Positions 1-9,649 of a stretch of 64,000 bases of DNA are shown piece after piece. The first letter of the stretch is position 1. Every line of letters begins with the position of its first letter. Position numbers and translations under genes: made by a program. The notes beneath the pieces are model-generated. The model worked only from the letters and a program-made list of their open reading frames with translations, made no database searches and had not been told where the DNA came from. This DNA is from an uncultured Rickettsiales bacterium (lineage in GTDB: Bacteria; Pseudomonadota; Alphaproteobacteria; Rickettsiales; UBA8987), in the NCBI GenBank assembly GCA_964564045.1, contig CAZLZP010000001.1, positions 9,039 to 73,038 on the forward strand, given 5' to 3'.

Positions 1-53
1 TATTGCTGCCTGCGCCGCTTCAATAGTTTTTATTCCACAAATTTTTATTTTCA

Positions 54-668
54 TTAAGCTGCTTTCTTGTTCTGAGCCTTGCTTAAGTTCTCATTCGCAA
101 AATCCCAGTTAACCAGGCTATTCAAAAATGTTTCAATATATTTAGGACGTAAGTTCTGATAATCTAGGTAATAAGCATGCTCCCATACATCCATAGTTAG
201 TATTGGCGTTTGGCCTTTAGTGAATGGAACTTCAGCATTACCGGTTTTTGTAACTTTCAACTTACCATCTTTATCAAGCACCAGCCATGCCCAGCCAGAA
301 CCGAACTGAGTTGCACCCGCTGCTTTAAATTCTTCAACGAATTTATCGAACGAGCCAAAATCAGCTTCTATTTTAGCTGCAACTGCGCCTGTTGCTTTAC
401 CACCGCCTGCCGGCTTCATTGAATGCCAGTAGAATGTGTGGTTCCAAACCTGCGCCGAGTTGTTGAACACGCCTGGATTCTTGCCTTCAGAAGCTACTAT
501 AACTTCTTCCAGAGATTTATTTTCGAACTCTGTGCCTTTCACAAGGTTGTTCAAATTCACAACATATGCATTGTGGTGCTTGCCGTGGTGGAAGCTTAAT
601 GTGTTTGCAGAAATATGTGGTTCAAGCGCGTTGCCTGCGTATGGAAGTACCGGAAGTTCGAATGTCAT
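54..668 (-). CDS. sodB: Fe/Mn-family superoxide dismutase
   Basis: 204-aa ORF. 'LPYAGNALEPHISANTLSFHHGKHH' and 'DVWEHAYYLDYQNLRP' are the canonical Fe/Mn-SOD metal-ligand regions. Confidence 0.95.
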   Translation of the reverse strand: MTFELPVLPYAGNALEPHISANTLSFHHGKHHNAYVVNLNNLVKGTEFENKSLEEVIVASEGKNPGVFNNSAQVWNHTFYWHSMKPAGGGKATGAVAAKIEADFGSFDKFVEEFKAAGATQFGSGWAWLVLDKDGKLKVTKTGNAEVPFTKGQTPILTMDVWEHAYYLDYQNLRPKYIETFLNSLVNWDFANENLSKAQNKKAA

Positions 669-727
669 GTTAATCTCCTATTATTTGTGTACTATATTTA
701 GTGCAGAAAATGGCAATAGGCAATAGG

Positions 728-2569
728 CTATTCCCTGAAAAAGTTGTAAACTTTCTCAGCAGTGGTGCGGTTGATGCCTTCTACCTTGCAAAGCTCTTCC
801 AGGCTTGCGTTCTCGATAAGCGAAACTGCCCCAAAATGGTTAAGTAGCGCTTTTTTACGCGTAGGGCCAATATCCGGAATTTCATCTAGTTTGGAACGAA
901 TAAGGTTTTTTGAACGTTTAGAACGATGGCCAGTTATCGCAAAACGATGCACCTCATCACGCATGTTCTGTAAAAAATAAAGCACCGGATCATTCTTCAG
1001 TAGTTTGAACGGCGGTTTGTTCGGCTGATAAAAATCTTCATTACCGGCGTTTCTATCCGGGCCTTTTGCTATTGCCACCACATCAAATTCGTTTTCTACG
1101 CCAAGCTCTTTGAAAATTTCCATAGCCACTGAAAGCTGGCCCAAACCGCCATCTAGCAGCACCAGTTCAGGGAAAGTTGTGCCTTCATTTTTTATGCGGC
1201 CGTACCGCCTGCGCATTACCTGACGCATCATATCAAAATCATCACCACCGGTTTTTTTCACGCCTGCATCTACATTAAAACGCCTGTAATGTTTCTTTAG
1301 GAAACCCCATTTATTTTCTTCATCGAAGCCTGCAACCACCATAGCACCAATGGCAGATTCGCCAAATATATGGCTGTTATCAAACACCTCGATGCGCTTG
1401 ATATCGCGAGTTATACCAAATATCTCTTTCAGGTTCTTAATGATATTGCCTGATCTTTCCTCTTCAGCGAATTTGCGTTCTATACTGTTGCGAGCGTTCT
1501 CTAAGGCCATTTCCACCAGCTGACGCTTTTCACCTTTCTGCGGGAATATTATTTCTACTTTTTTGCCTGAAGATTCTAATAACGCCGCCTCTATCAGCTC
1601 TTTGTTATATATATCGTGAGAAATAATTATGTCTTTTCCAAGCGGCTTGTTCTCATAGAAATTCATGATGAAGAATTCCAGAATGTCGCTTTCTGTTTCA
1701 CCATCAGTATTGCCCGGAAAATATTCTGTATTACCCAAAACATTTCCGCCGCGCACAAAGAAAACCTGAATACAAACCTTGTTGTTGTATGATGCAACCG
1801 CTATCACATCCGCTTCATTAATGTTGTTGAAATATATGCCCTGCTTGCTCTGCACGGTGGCCAGCGCTGAAATTCTGTTGCGGTAATCTGCGGCTTTTTC
1901 ATACTCCATGGCAGCGCTTGCCGCTTCCATTTTTTCCTGCAGGTTCTTTTTAACATCCTGCGTTTTTCCCTGAAGAAAATCTTTCGCGCTTGCTACAGAA
2001 TTATTATAATCAGCCTCTGAAATAATATTCACACACGGCGCAGAACAGCGTTTTATCTGGTATTCCATGCATGGGCGTTCACGATTTTTAAAATAGCTAT
2101 CAGCGCACGGACGAATCTGAAATGCACGCTGCAAAGTTGAAATTGCCATGTTCACACTACCCGCAGAAGGATACGGCCCGAAATACGAAACGCCCTTCTT
2201 CTTCTTGCCGCGATGTTTGTATATGCGTGGGAATTCATGCCTTTCATCAATGGCGATGTACGGAAAACTTTTATCATCTCGCAGCAATATATTATATGGC
2301 GGCTTGTGTTCCTTTATCAGGCGGGCTTCAAGCAGCAGCGCTTCGGTTTCGGTGCGGGTAGTGGTGGTTTCCACCTTCGCAACATGAAACACCATTCGCT
2401 GAATGCGATGCACAAGGCGATTCATATCGGTATATTGTTCCAGACGATTACGCAGATTCTTCGCCTTGCCAATGTAAAGAATTCTGCCCTCAGCCGAAAC
2501 CATACGGTAAACACCAGGGCTGCTTACCATATCAACAACCGCGCTCTTTATAATATCTACGCCAATCAT
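728..2569 (-). CDS. uvrC: Excinuclease ABC subunit C
   Basis: 613 aa. N-terminal GIY-YIG block ('GVYRM...ILYIGKAKNLRNR'), a central UvrC/RNase H-like region and a C-terminal HhH ('IPDIGPTRKKALLNHFG'). Confidence 0.95.
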   Translation of the reverse strand: MIGVDIIKSAVVDMVSSPGVYRMVSAEGRILYIGKAKNLRNRLEQYTDMNRLVHRIQRMVFHVAKVETTTTRTETEALLLEARLIKEHKPPYNILLRDDKSFPYIAIDERHEFPRIYKHRGKKKKGVSYFGPYPSAGSVNMAISTLQRAFQIRPCADSYFKNRERPCMEYQIKRCSAPCVNIISEADYNNSVASAKDFLQGKTQDVKKNLQEKMEAASAAMEYEKAADYRNRISALATVQSKQGIYFNNINEADVIAVASYNNKVCIQVFFVRGGNVLGNTEYFPGNTDGETESDILEFFIMNFYENKPLGKDIIISHDIYNKELIEAALLESSGKKVEIIFPQKGEKRQLVEMALENARNSIERKFAEEERSGNIIKNLKEIFGITRDIKRIEVFDNSHIFGESAIGAMVVAGFDEENKWGFLKKHYRRFNVDAGVKKTGGDDFDMMRQVMRRRYGRIKNEGTTFPELVLLDGGLGQLSVAMEIFKELGVENEFDVVAIAKGPDRNAGNEDFYQPNKPPFKLLKNDPVLYFLQNMRDEVHRFAITGHRSKRSKNLIRSKLDEIPDIGPTRKKALLNHFGAVSLIENASLEELCKVEGINRTTAEKVYNFFRE

Positions 2570-2572
2570 TTT

Positions 2573-4498
2573 TTATGGATTCAGGGAAATAAGTTTATCA
2601 TCATCTTTTTTTTCAGATGATGTATTCATGTTAGCTTCGGCCTGAGAGATAAGTTCAGCAAAGCCATTCTTTAAATATTCCAGGTCTATCTGCTTGCCGG
2701 CATACAGCACAGAATCAAGCTCGGCGGCATATTTCATAGCAACCTGTTTATCTATCTTGTATTTATTGGCCATGGCATTTGCAATTATCACCGTGCCGGA
2801 ATTTTGTGAAACGCTTAAATTACGCACGGCGAATTTCTGCAGCGCCTGCTGTAACTCTTCGTGGTTCTGCGCATTATTTATAAGGATAATAATATCTGAA
2901 TCGCCCTGAGGTTCAGTTTTTCCCTTGGAAGAAAAATTTATTATTTTTCTGGAAGCAGGTCCCTGGCCTTTAACTGATTTCGTTTTTTCTGGCTTAGCTT
3001 TGTTGATAAGGTCTTCATCGAACTCTTGTTTATTCACCTTTGAACTGGTTATTACTTTGAATGCAATAAATACCACCACACAAATAAAGAATGAAAGCAT
3101 TAGCAGCACCAGGTTAGGCATCTGCGGAGAGTTTGTTATCTGTTCAAGCTTGCTTTCAAGGCTTTGTGGTTCTGAAGGTTGTTGCTCTTCGGGCTGAGCT
3201 ATAACAGGCCGGGCAGCCTTTGGCTTAGGCTGGGTTTCAGCAGCAGAATTTTCTGATGGAACAGCCGTAATAACCTTACCCGGCAGGTTTGCTTTAACTA
3301 TCTTGTTCTCTTTCAGGCTCCAGTAAGGAATATTTAATTCCGGCAATGTAAGCATTCCGGTTTTTTGTGGAATGAATGTAAAGGTTTGTATTCTGGTTCC
3401 CTTTATTCTGGACACAATAGAACCTTCACCACTTTCTACTTCTTTTGTAAATTCGGCCTTATCAGAATAAATTTTAAAATCAGTGGAAGTAAAACTATTC
3501 TCTATTTCAGGTAAGCTTTCGCCACCCTTACCATATGCGGTTATTCTAATCCTTCGAGATATAGGCTCTCCGGCTTTTGCAAGAATTCTGTTGTTTATCT
3601 GGTCGTATTCAACATCACCCAGCTCGTCATCTATCTGCATATCGTAAAGCACCAGCCACGGGTTAACGTTCGTATCTGCAGGGCTTACATTCAGCGTTAC
3701 AGGTTTGCTGGCAACAGTGAACGGTATGAATTCACGCACTATTTGTGCCATGCCGCCGAAAGGAGCAAACAGATCGTCCATCGGGGTTCTTGCCTGCTGG
3801 ATATCCTTCGATATTTTTCCGCGAAGCACTGAAGGTTCAATAACAACATCACCAGTGCGCACCGGCGTTATAATATAATCCACCTCAATAACTTTATAAT
3901 TTACACCATTAAGTATCTGGCGCGATGGTTTGGCTTCAGAGATCTGTTCAACTATAGCATTCTCGGCCTTTGGCTTAACCAGTTCGGCACTTTGGGTTTC
4001 ACCTAAATAATAAACAATTGTTTTATACAATACCGGCTCATCAATGAATGGATCCATCTTTTCCACCTGAACATCAATGAATACCGAGTTATCTGAAGTA
4101 TTTGCCGATATCTGGGAAGAAGGCTTAACGAATATTTTGAATGGCCTTGTAGAGAGATCTCCCATATTGGTTTTGATAGGGATAGAAGGAATTTTGTATG
4201 TGCCTTCCTTATCGCAGGTCATATCAAGAACCCACGAAAGATTCTGCACCTGCACACCATTCAATACCGTTATGTTGGCCTGCTGCTGCTGGCCAAGAAC
4301 ACTAAGCTCGGCCGGTAGTACGGAAAGATCTGGCGCGGTTTGGGCCTGGGCGTTTATCAGTTCCAGCTTTACCTGGAAGGTTTCACCGGCAGATACGCTT
4401 TCCCTATCAATATAGGCTTCAAAACTAACTTCCTGCGCAGAAGAAACTGCCGGAAAAAGAAATAAAGAAACTAAAAATATGTATAAATATTTTACCAT
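2573..4498 (-). CDS. BatD-like exported protein (aerotolerance-operon type)
   Basis: 641 aa with a signal peptide ('FLFPAVSSAQE'), a late TM helix, and the last position in a MoxR/DUF58/VWA operon. The N-terminal region resembles the BatD family. Confidence 0.65.
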   Translation of the reverse strand: MVKYLYIFLVSLFLFPAVSSAQEVSFEAYIDRESVSAGETFQVKLELINAQAQTAPDLSVLPAELSVLGQQQQANITVLNGVQVQNLSWVLDMTCDKEGTYKIPSIPIKTNMGDLSTRPFKIFVKPSSQISANTSDNSVFIDVQVEKMDPFIDEPVLYKTIVYYLGETQSAELVKPKAENAIVEQISEAKPSRQILNGVNYKVIEVDYIITPVRTGDVVIEPSVLRGKISKDIQQARTPMDDLFAPFGGMAQIVREFIPFTVASKPVTLNVSPADTNVNPWLVLYDMQIDDELGDVEYDQINNRILAKAGEPISRRIRITAYGKGGESLPEIENSFTSTDFKIYSDKAEFTKEVESGEGSIVSRIKGTRIQTFTFIPQKTGMLTLPELNIPYWSLKENKIVKANLPGKVITAVPSENSAAETQPKPKAARPVIAQPEEQQPSEPQSLESKLEQITNSPQMPNLVLLMLSFFICVVVFIAFKVITSSKVNKQEFDEDLINKAKPEKTKSVKGQGPASRKIINFSSKGKTEPQGDSDIIILINNAQNHEELQQALQKFAVRNLSVSQNSGTVIIANAMANKYKIDKQVAMKYAAELDSVLYAGKQIDLEYLKNGFAELISQAEANMNTSSEKKDDDKLISLNP

Positions 4499-6252
4499 GG
4501 TTTTGGATTCTGGTTTTTAGCCCCACCTGCCTTATCGCCCTTTTCTTCTTCGTAACGGAAACGGTTCTTCATAAGTTTAGATGGGTCACTTGAAATTTTA
4601 CTCAAGATACTCTTGGCCTGTATATCTAGCTCTTTTTTCTTATCATTTCCATCAGTTTCTTGCTGATCTTTATCGCCTTCGTTTTTCTGATCTTGTGGTG
4701 CACTATCTTTCTGATCTTGTTCGTTTTTTGGCTTATCTTTATCTTGCTTATCCTGCGGCTGCGGCTTATCCTGCTTGTCACTTTTATCTTTGTTCTTGGA
4801 GTTATTCTTAAGTTTTTTGCAGATATCAAGATTGGTTTTTGCATCTTTATGGTCAGGAACTTTTTTAAGAATTCCTTCAAAGGTAGAGATACATTTTTTC
4901 AGTTTCATCTGAAGCAACTGAGCGTTGCCCATATTAAATTCAGCATCGATATTACTTGCAGCATCTAACAAAAAATAATCCTCGGCCCTCTGATAATCGC
5001 CGTTCCTATATGCAGCAACGCCCTTGTTGTAGTTGCTGGAAAACTTTTTCTCGGCCTCTAAATACTGACGCTCATCGAAAAGATCGCCGGCCTGCTGATC
5101 CTTGTTCCTGAACATTTTTGAAATAAAACTCTCTACATTACTCTTTTCAATTATCTGAGGTTTTTCTATTAATTTTTCTACGGGATTTTTATCAGCAGCG
5201 AATGAGCTTGTGGATAGTAATATTATAATTGCCGGAAATATTGCACCCCTTACAAAAAATGGAAGTATAAGCAAAGCGGCTATCAGCAGCGGAATATAGA
5301 ACCTGTCATGCCATAGTTTGAATAATTTTGTTTTGCTTTTCATCGCATCGAATTGTTTGGATATCATGGAAATAACTTTATCTGTATCGGCATCAAGATA
5401 GGTAGATTGAATATAATTATCTAACCCGGAAAGGAATATCAGGTTCTGTTTCTCGAGCTTCGAGATTATGGTTTTGCCATCTTCAACTATGAATTTTCCT
5501 TCCTCATCTGGAATAGGTGCACCTTCTGTGCTGCCAAAACCAAACGATATAACTTTACCGGATTTAACTTTTTTTCCTAATGACTGAAGCTCGGCTATAT
5601 TTTCAAAACCACCGTCACTCATAACCAGTATATAATTTATTCCGGCACCCAAAGGTTTAAGCAGCAACTCGGCAGATTTGAGTCCGGCCTTTATATTACT
5701 ACCCTGAACACCAACAAGACCGGTGTTAACAGAAGGCAAAAGATATTGAATGGCGTTCTTATCATCTGTTACCGGGGAAATTATATGCGCCTGATTTGCA
5801 AATGCGATAATACCTATATTGGCAGTATCAGCTTTTTTTATGATATCCATTATTTCCTGCTTGGCGCGTTCCAGCCTTGATGGTTTTTCGTCACGCACAT
5901 CCATAGATTTGGAAATATCAAGCAATATCACCAGATTGATATTCGGCTTAAAGCTTTCCACCTGTTCAAAATCCCAGCGGGGATTTGCAAGTGCAAGCAC
6001 CAGCATAAGCCATACAACACTTACAACACCACACCTCAGCCAGGATTTCCTTTTGGTTTCCGAACCCTGTATAAGATGCTTGATAAGATGCTTATCAATG
6101 AACCTCTTAAGGCTTTGCAGGGAATAGAAATAATTCCTTCCAGGAAAATACTCGAACAGCAGGAATAAAAGAGAAAGCAGGGCCAGGCTTAGGATTCCGT
6201 AGAATTCAAAACCAAAATAATCCCAGTTAAAATCTTTAAACGACAGATCCAT
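4492..6252 (-). CDS. BatB/BatC-like membrane protein (VWA domain + TPR + K/D/Q-rich tail)
   Basis: 586 aa. N-terminal TM helices, a VWA MIDAS motif 'LLDISKSMD', a TPR-like segment ('GVAAYRNGDYQRAEDYF') and a low-complexity DK/QD tail. Confidence 0.75.
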   Translation of the reverse strand: MDLSFKDFNWDYFGFEFYGILSLALLSLLFLLFEYFPGRNYFYSLQSLKRFIDKHLIKHLIQGSETKRKSWLRCGVVSVVWLMLVLALANPRWDFEQVESFKPNINLVILLDISKSMDVRDEKPSRLERAKQEIMDIIKKADTANIGIIAFANQAHIISPVTDDKNAIQYLLPSVNTGLVGVQGSNIKAGLKSAELLLKPLGAGINYILVMSDGGFENIAELQSLGKKVKSGKVISFGFGSTEGAPIPDEEGKFIVEDGKTIISKLEKQNLIFLSGLDNYIQSTYLDADTDKVISMISKQFDAMKSKTKLFKLWHDRFYIPLLIAALLILPFFVRGAIFPAIIILLSTSSFAADKNPVEKLIEKPQIIEKSNVESFISKMFRNKDQQAGDLFDERQYLEAEKKFSSNYNKGVAAYRNGDYQRAEDYFLLDAASNIDAEFNMGNAQLLQMKLKKCISTFEGILKKVPDHKDAKTNLDICKKLKNNSKNKDKSDKQDKPQPQDKQDKDKPKNEQDQKDSAPQDQKNEGDKDQQETDGNDKKKELDIQAKSILSKISSDPSKLMKNRFRYEEEKGDKAGGAKNQNPKPW

Positions 6253-7274
6253 TAGTAAATCAATTTACTCCAGTTATAACGTTTAAGTATCAGGCCAAGC
6301 AAAAGTAACATGGCAATAGTAAGAGGTATGCGGTACAGTTGCTGACGCAGAACATATTCTGATGTTTGCGCTTCGGTTTTTTCAAGCTCGTCTATCTTCT
6401 TATATATTTCATAAAGAGCGCTTTCATCAGTTGCTGGGAAAAATGCCCCACCTGTCTCTTCAGATATTTTTTTCAGAGTACCTTCATCTATTTCTATTTT
6501 CGCATAAACAATACCGCCAGATTCCGTTGGGAACGGCACCGCGCCTTTTTTACCAACACCTATTGAATATATTTTTATACCAAATGATTTGGCTAAGCGC
6601 GCTGCCTCAAGCGGAGATATAACCCCAGCAGTGTTAGCACCATCTGTTAGTAAAATTATAATGCGCGAACCTTCCGGCCTTTGAATAAGGGCCTTTACCG
6701 CCAGCGCTATAGAGTCGCCTATCGCAGTAGCATCACCGGCCATGCCTATCTCTGAAAGCTGCAGCATGGTTGCAACTGATGCTGTATCAAGTGTAAGGGG
6801 CGTTTGCAGATAAGCGCTATCGCCGAATAATATTAAACCTAAACGGTCACCTTCACGACCCTTGATGAATTTAGCCGCCACTTTTTTGATTACATCCAGA
6901 CGGTTCTTTTTATCATTTGTGTTCAGATCAGCAAAATCCAGCGCCAACATGGAACGCGAAAGATCTACAGCCAGCATTACATCATAGCCCTTGGTAACGG
7001 TTTTGCTGATATGCTCCACTTTTTGCGGGTGCATAAGCGCAAGAACAAGAAATGCCCATACTAAAAATAATTTTGAATTGAAGTTTGCACGAAGCTTTCC
7101 TGCCTCTTTCTTTTTTCCGTAGGCTTTTGCAAAAAATTTAAGATTAGGATTAAAAATAGTAGGAGTTCCATCTTTCTCGGCACCACCAGCTGAAATAAAA
7201 AAATATACCAACGGCGGTAACAGAACTAAAAGAGCGAAATATGGATACTGGAATTCGATCATAATTTTAACCAC
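6252..7274 (-). CDS. BatA-like VWA-domain membrane protein
   Basis: 340 aa. N- and C-terminal TM helices, MIDAS 'AVDLSRSM' and a VWA core ('IILLTDGANTAG'). Confidence 0.8.
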   Translation of the reverse strand: MVKIMIEFQYPYFALLVLLPPLVYFFISAGGAEKDGTPTIFNPNLKFFAKAYGKKKEAGKLRANFNSKLFLVWAFLVLALMHPQKVEHISKTVTKGYDVMLAVDLSRSMLALDFADLNTNDKKNRLDVIKKVAAKFIKGREGDRLGLILFGDSAYLQTPLTLDTASVATMLQLSEIGMAGDATAIGDSIALAVKALIQRPEGSRIIILLTDGANTAGVISPLEAARLAKSFGIKIYSIGVGKKGAVPFPTESGGIVYAKIEIDEGTLKKISEETGGAFFPATDESALYEIYKKIDELEKTEAQTSEYVLRQQLYRIPLTIAMLLLLGLILKRYNWSKLIY

Positions 7275-7750
7275 GACCTTGCGGCTTTTGCTAAATTAGA
7301 TATCTGTTCAGCGCTGGCCTTTATCTTTTCTTCCGGCATGTATGGATATTCAATAAGTATTTCGCCTTTTTTCAGCCAGTTAAAGTTTTTTGGGTCTCGG
7401 TTGGTTAACCATGAAAGCCACTGTTTTCCTGTAAGGGAAGCGCTATCTTTTCGTCCGTAGAATTGCAGGGAAAGTCTTTTTAGAACATCGTTTATATAGC
7501 TTATATTTTCTTTTGCCTTTGCCGGATCCATAGTATTCGCAATATTTTCCAACTGCTGCTGGATCAAATATTTCCAGCTTTTTTTATATTTTTTAATGGC
7601 AATTATCTTTTTAACGGCAATAAACGTTATGGTAAGCAAAATAAAAACAACAAACCACCAGCCCCCGGCAAGTGGCCATATAGAAATACCTTCAAGACCG
7701 CGTATATCACGCATCTGAGATAGTAATATTTTATTAAAATCTTCCATCAA
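7259..7750 (-). CDS. Small single-pass membrane protein (DUF4381-like position in Bat operon)
   Basis: 163 aa with one TM helix ('WWFVVFILLTITFIAV'). It sits between the DUF58 and VWA genes and overlaps both neighbours. Confidence 0.5.
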   Translation of the reverse strand: MMEDFNKILLSQMRDIRGLEGISIWPLAGGWWFVVFILLTITFIAVKKIIAIKKYKKSWKYLIQQQLENIANTMDPAKAKENISYINDVLKRLSLQFYGRKDSASLTGKQWLSWLTNRDPKNFNWLKKGEILIEYPYMPEEKIKASAEQISNLAKAARSWLKL

Positions 7751-8634
7751 ACTGCTTTCAACCCAAGTAATATCTTCTTAATAACATTATCTTTTGTATT
7801 TACATTTATCACCCGCGCATTAACCCTTGCCGCCATTTTGATAAAAGATCTGTATTTTTCATCAAACTCTTTTTTATAGCGTTCCGCACCCTTACGGTTT
7901 GATGAATTCAAAAAATACCTGCTATCGCCATATTCAAGCGTTAGCCTACCTACATCAGGAATATTCCTGTCGCTATCGTCAGTAAGATTTATGAAAACCA
8001 CCTGCGGCCTTTTACCAAGAAGATACAGGTTCTTTTCAAACTGCTCGGTGATATTACGAAAATCGGATATAACGAATAATATATTTGGATTAGCCCCTAT
8101 TCTTTTCAGGTTATATATTGCGCCATCCAGTGAATAATTTTCTAATTTTTCTTTTTCGTCACACAGGGTTTTCAAACCCATAAAAAGAGATTTTTTCGAG
8201 TTCACCGGCTTGAAATATGAAAACCGACCCTTCTTGTTGCCAAATATATATAGACCAACTTTATCGTTATTGCGGTTGGCCGCAAAACCAAGTAGTGCCG
8301 CTATTCTTGCCGCCTGCACATTTTTAAATGTATCACGCGTACCGAAGTTCATATAATCGTTGTTATCAACCGCGATTATAACATTCCTTCTTCTTTCTTC
8401 CCGATATATTTTTACATATGTTTTCTGGGTTCTTGCAGATGCCTTCCATTCTATATCACGAACATCATCGCCATAAACATATTCGCGAACATTGTCGAGC
8501 TCCATTCCCTGCCCTCTGAATTTTGAAAGAAAGTTGCCTGAAAGATCTGATGAGTTCTTTTTGCTAAGAGTTAGCCCTATGCTCTTTGCAGCACTTTCAT
8601 AAGAAAGCAGCTCTTTAAAGTCAGGGTAAAGCAT
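7747..8634 (-). CDS. DUF58-family protein (MoxR partner)
   Basis: 295 aa. 'REYVYGDDVRDIEWKASART' is the typical DUF58 signature. It lies immediately downstream of the MoxR ATPase. Confidence 0.8.
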   Translation of the reverse strand: MLYPDFKELLSYESAAKSIGLTLSKKNSSDLSGNFLSKFRGQGMELDNVREYVYGDDVRDIEWKASARTQKTYVKIYREERRRNVIIAVDNNDYMNFGTRDTFKNVQAARIAALLGFAANRNNDKVGLYIFGNKKGRFSYFKPVNSKKSLFMGLKTLCDEKEKLENYSLDGAIYNLKRIGANPNILFVISDFRNITEQFEKNLYLLGKRPQVVFINLTDDSDRNIPDVGRLTLEYGDSRYFLNSSNRKGAERYKKEFDEKYRSFIKMAARVNARVINVNTKDNVIKKILLGLKAV

Positions 8635-8638
8635 TTTA

Positions 8639-9580
8639 TTAACCTACCGCTACAAGCTGAAGTATCTGGGTTATAATATCATCTGTTGCTATGTTATCTG
8701 CTTCCGCCTCGAATGAAGGGATTATACGATGACGCAGAATTTCATATGCCAGCCTTTGAACATGGTGCGGCGCAACAAAATCTTGTCCTTCAATAAGCGC
8801 AAGCGCACGAGAACATTTAAGCAGCGCGATTGAAGCGCGCGGAGAAGCGCCGTAACGAATAAGATTCGCCAGATCTTGGTTATACTTGCCAGGTTCACGC
8901 GTGGCCATAACAATTGCCACAATGTATTTTTCCACCTTCTCATCAACGTAAACTTCCTCAGCTTTCTTACGCGCCAGAAATATTTCATCAACGTTGGTTA
9001 CGGCTTCTTTAGTGAAGTTCTTGCGCTTACCTTCCTCAATACGAAGTATCTCAAGTTCTTCATCAAACGCCGGATGTTCTACCAGAACCTTCATCATGAA
9101 TCTGTCCATTTGCGCTTCCGGAAGGTTATATGTACCTTCCTGCTCGATAGGATTCTGGGTTGCAACAACCATGAAAAGTTCCGGCAGTTTGAATGTGTTC
9201 AAACCAACAGTAACCTGATGTTCTCCCATGGCCTCAAGCAGCGCAGACTGCACCTTTGCCGGTGCACGGTTTATTTCATCAGCCAGAATTATGTTATTGA
9301 ATATAGGGCCCGGATGGAATTCGAATTTATCTTTCTCGCGCACGAATATATCAGAACCGGTGATATCAGCCGGAAGAAGATCTGGCGTGAACTGTATACG
9401 CTTGAAGTTGGCTTCAATGCTTTCTGCCAAAGACTTGGTAGCTGTGGTTTTTGCAAGCCCCGGCATACCTTCAATAAGCATGTGCCCGCCAGCTATTAAA
9501 CATACCAGCATGTTATCTATGAGGTTTTTCTGCCCGATTATTCGGTTCTCTACGTAGTTCTTTATTTTATCTAATTTCAT
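8639..9580 (-). CDS. MoxR-family AAA+ ATPase
   Basis: 313 aa. Walker A 'GMPGLAKT', Walker B 'ILADEINRA' and a conserved MoxR C-terminal region ('YGASPRASIALL'). Confidence 0.9.
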   Translation of the reverse strand: MKLDKIKNYVENRIIGQKNLIDNMLVCLIAGGHMLIEGMPGLAKTTATKSLAESIEANFKRIQFTPDLLPADITGSDIFVREKDKFEFHPGPIFNNIILADEINRAPAKVQSALLEAMGEHQVTVGLNTFKLPELFMVVATQNPIEQEGTYNLPEAQMDRFMMKVLVEHPAFDEELEILRIEEGKRKNFTKEAVTNVDEIFLARKKAEEVYVDEKVEKYIVAIVMATREPGKYNQDLANLIRYGASPRASIALLKCSRALALIEGQDFVAPHHVQRLAYEILRHRIIPSFEAEADNIATDDIITQILQLVAVG

Positions 9581-9649
9581 TTTGCTTGCTCAATTACATG
9601 TTTAGTAGTCTATATATAATGTAAACAATATATATTTCAACGAACTTAA

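Noticed and set aside
4620-4800. Cryptic repetitive DNA ('CTGATCTT', 'CTTATC' units) considered as a possible repeat array.
   Set aside because: It is in frame within the BatB/C-like gene and simply encodes a DK/QD-rich low-complexity tail. It has no spacer/repeat regularity and no flanking mobile-element features.
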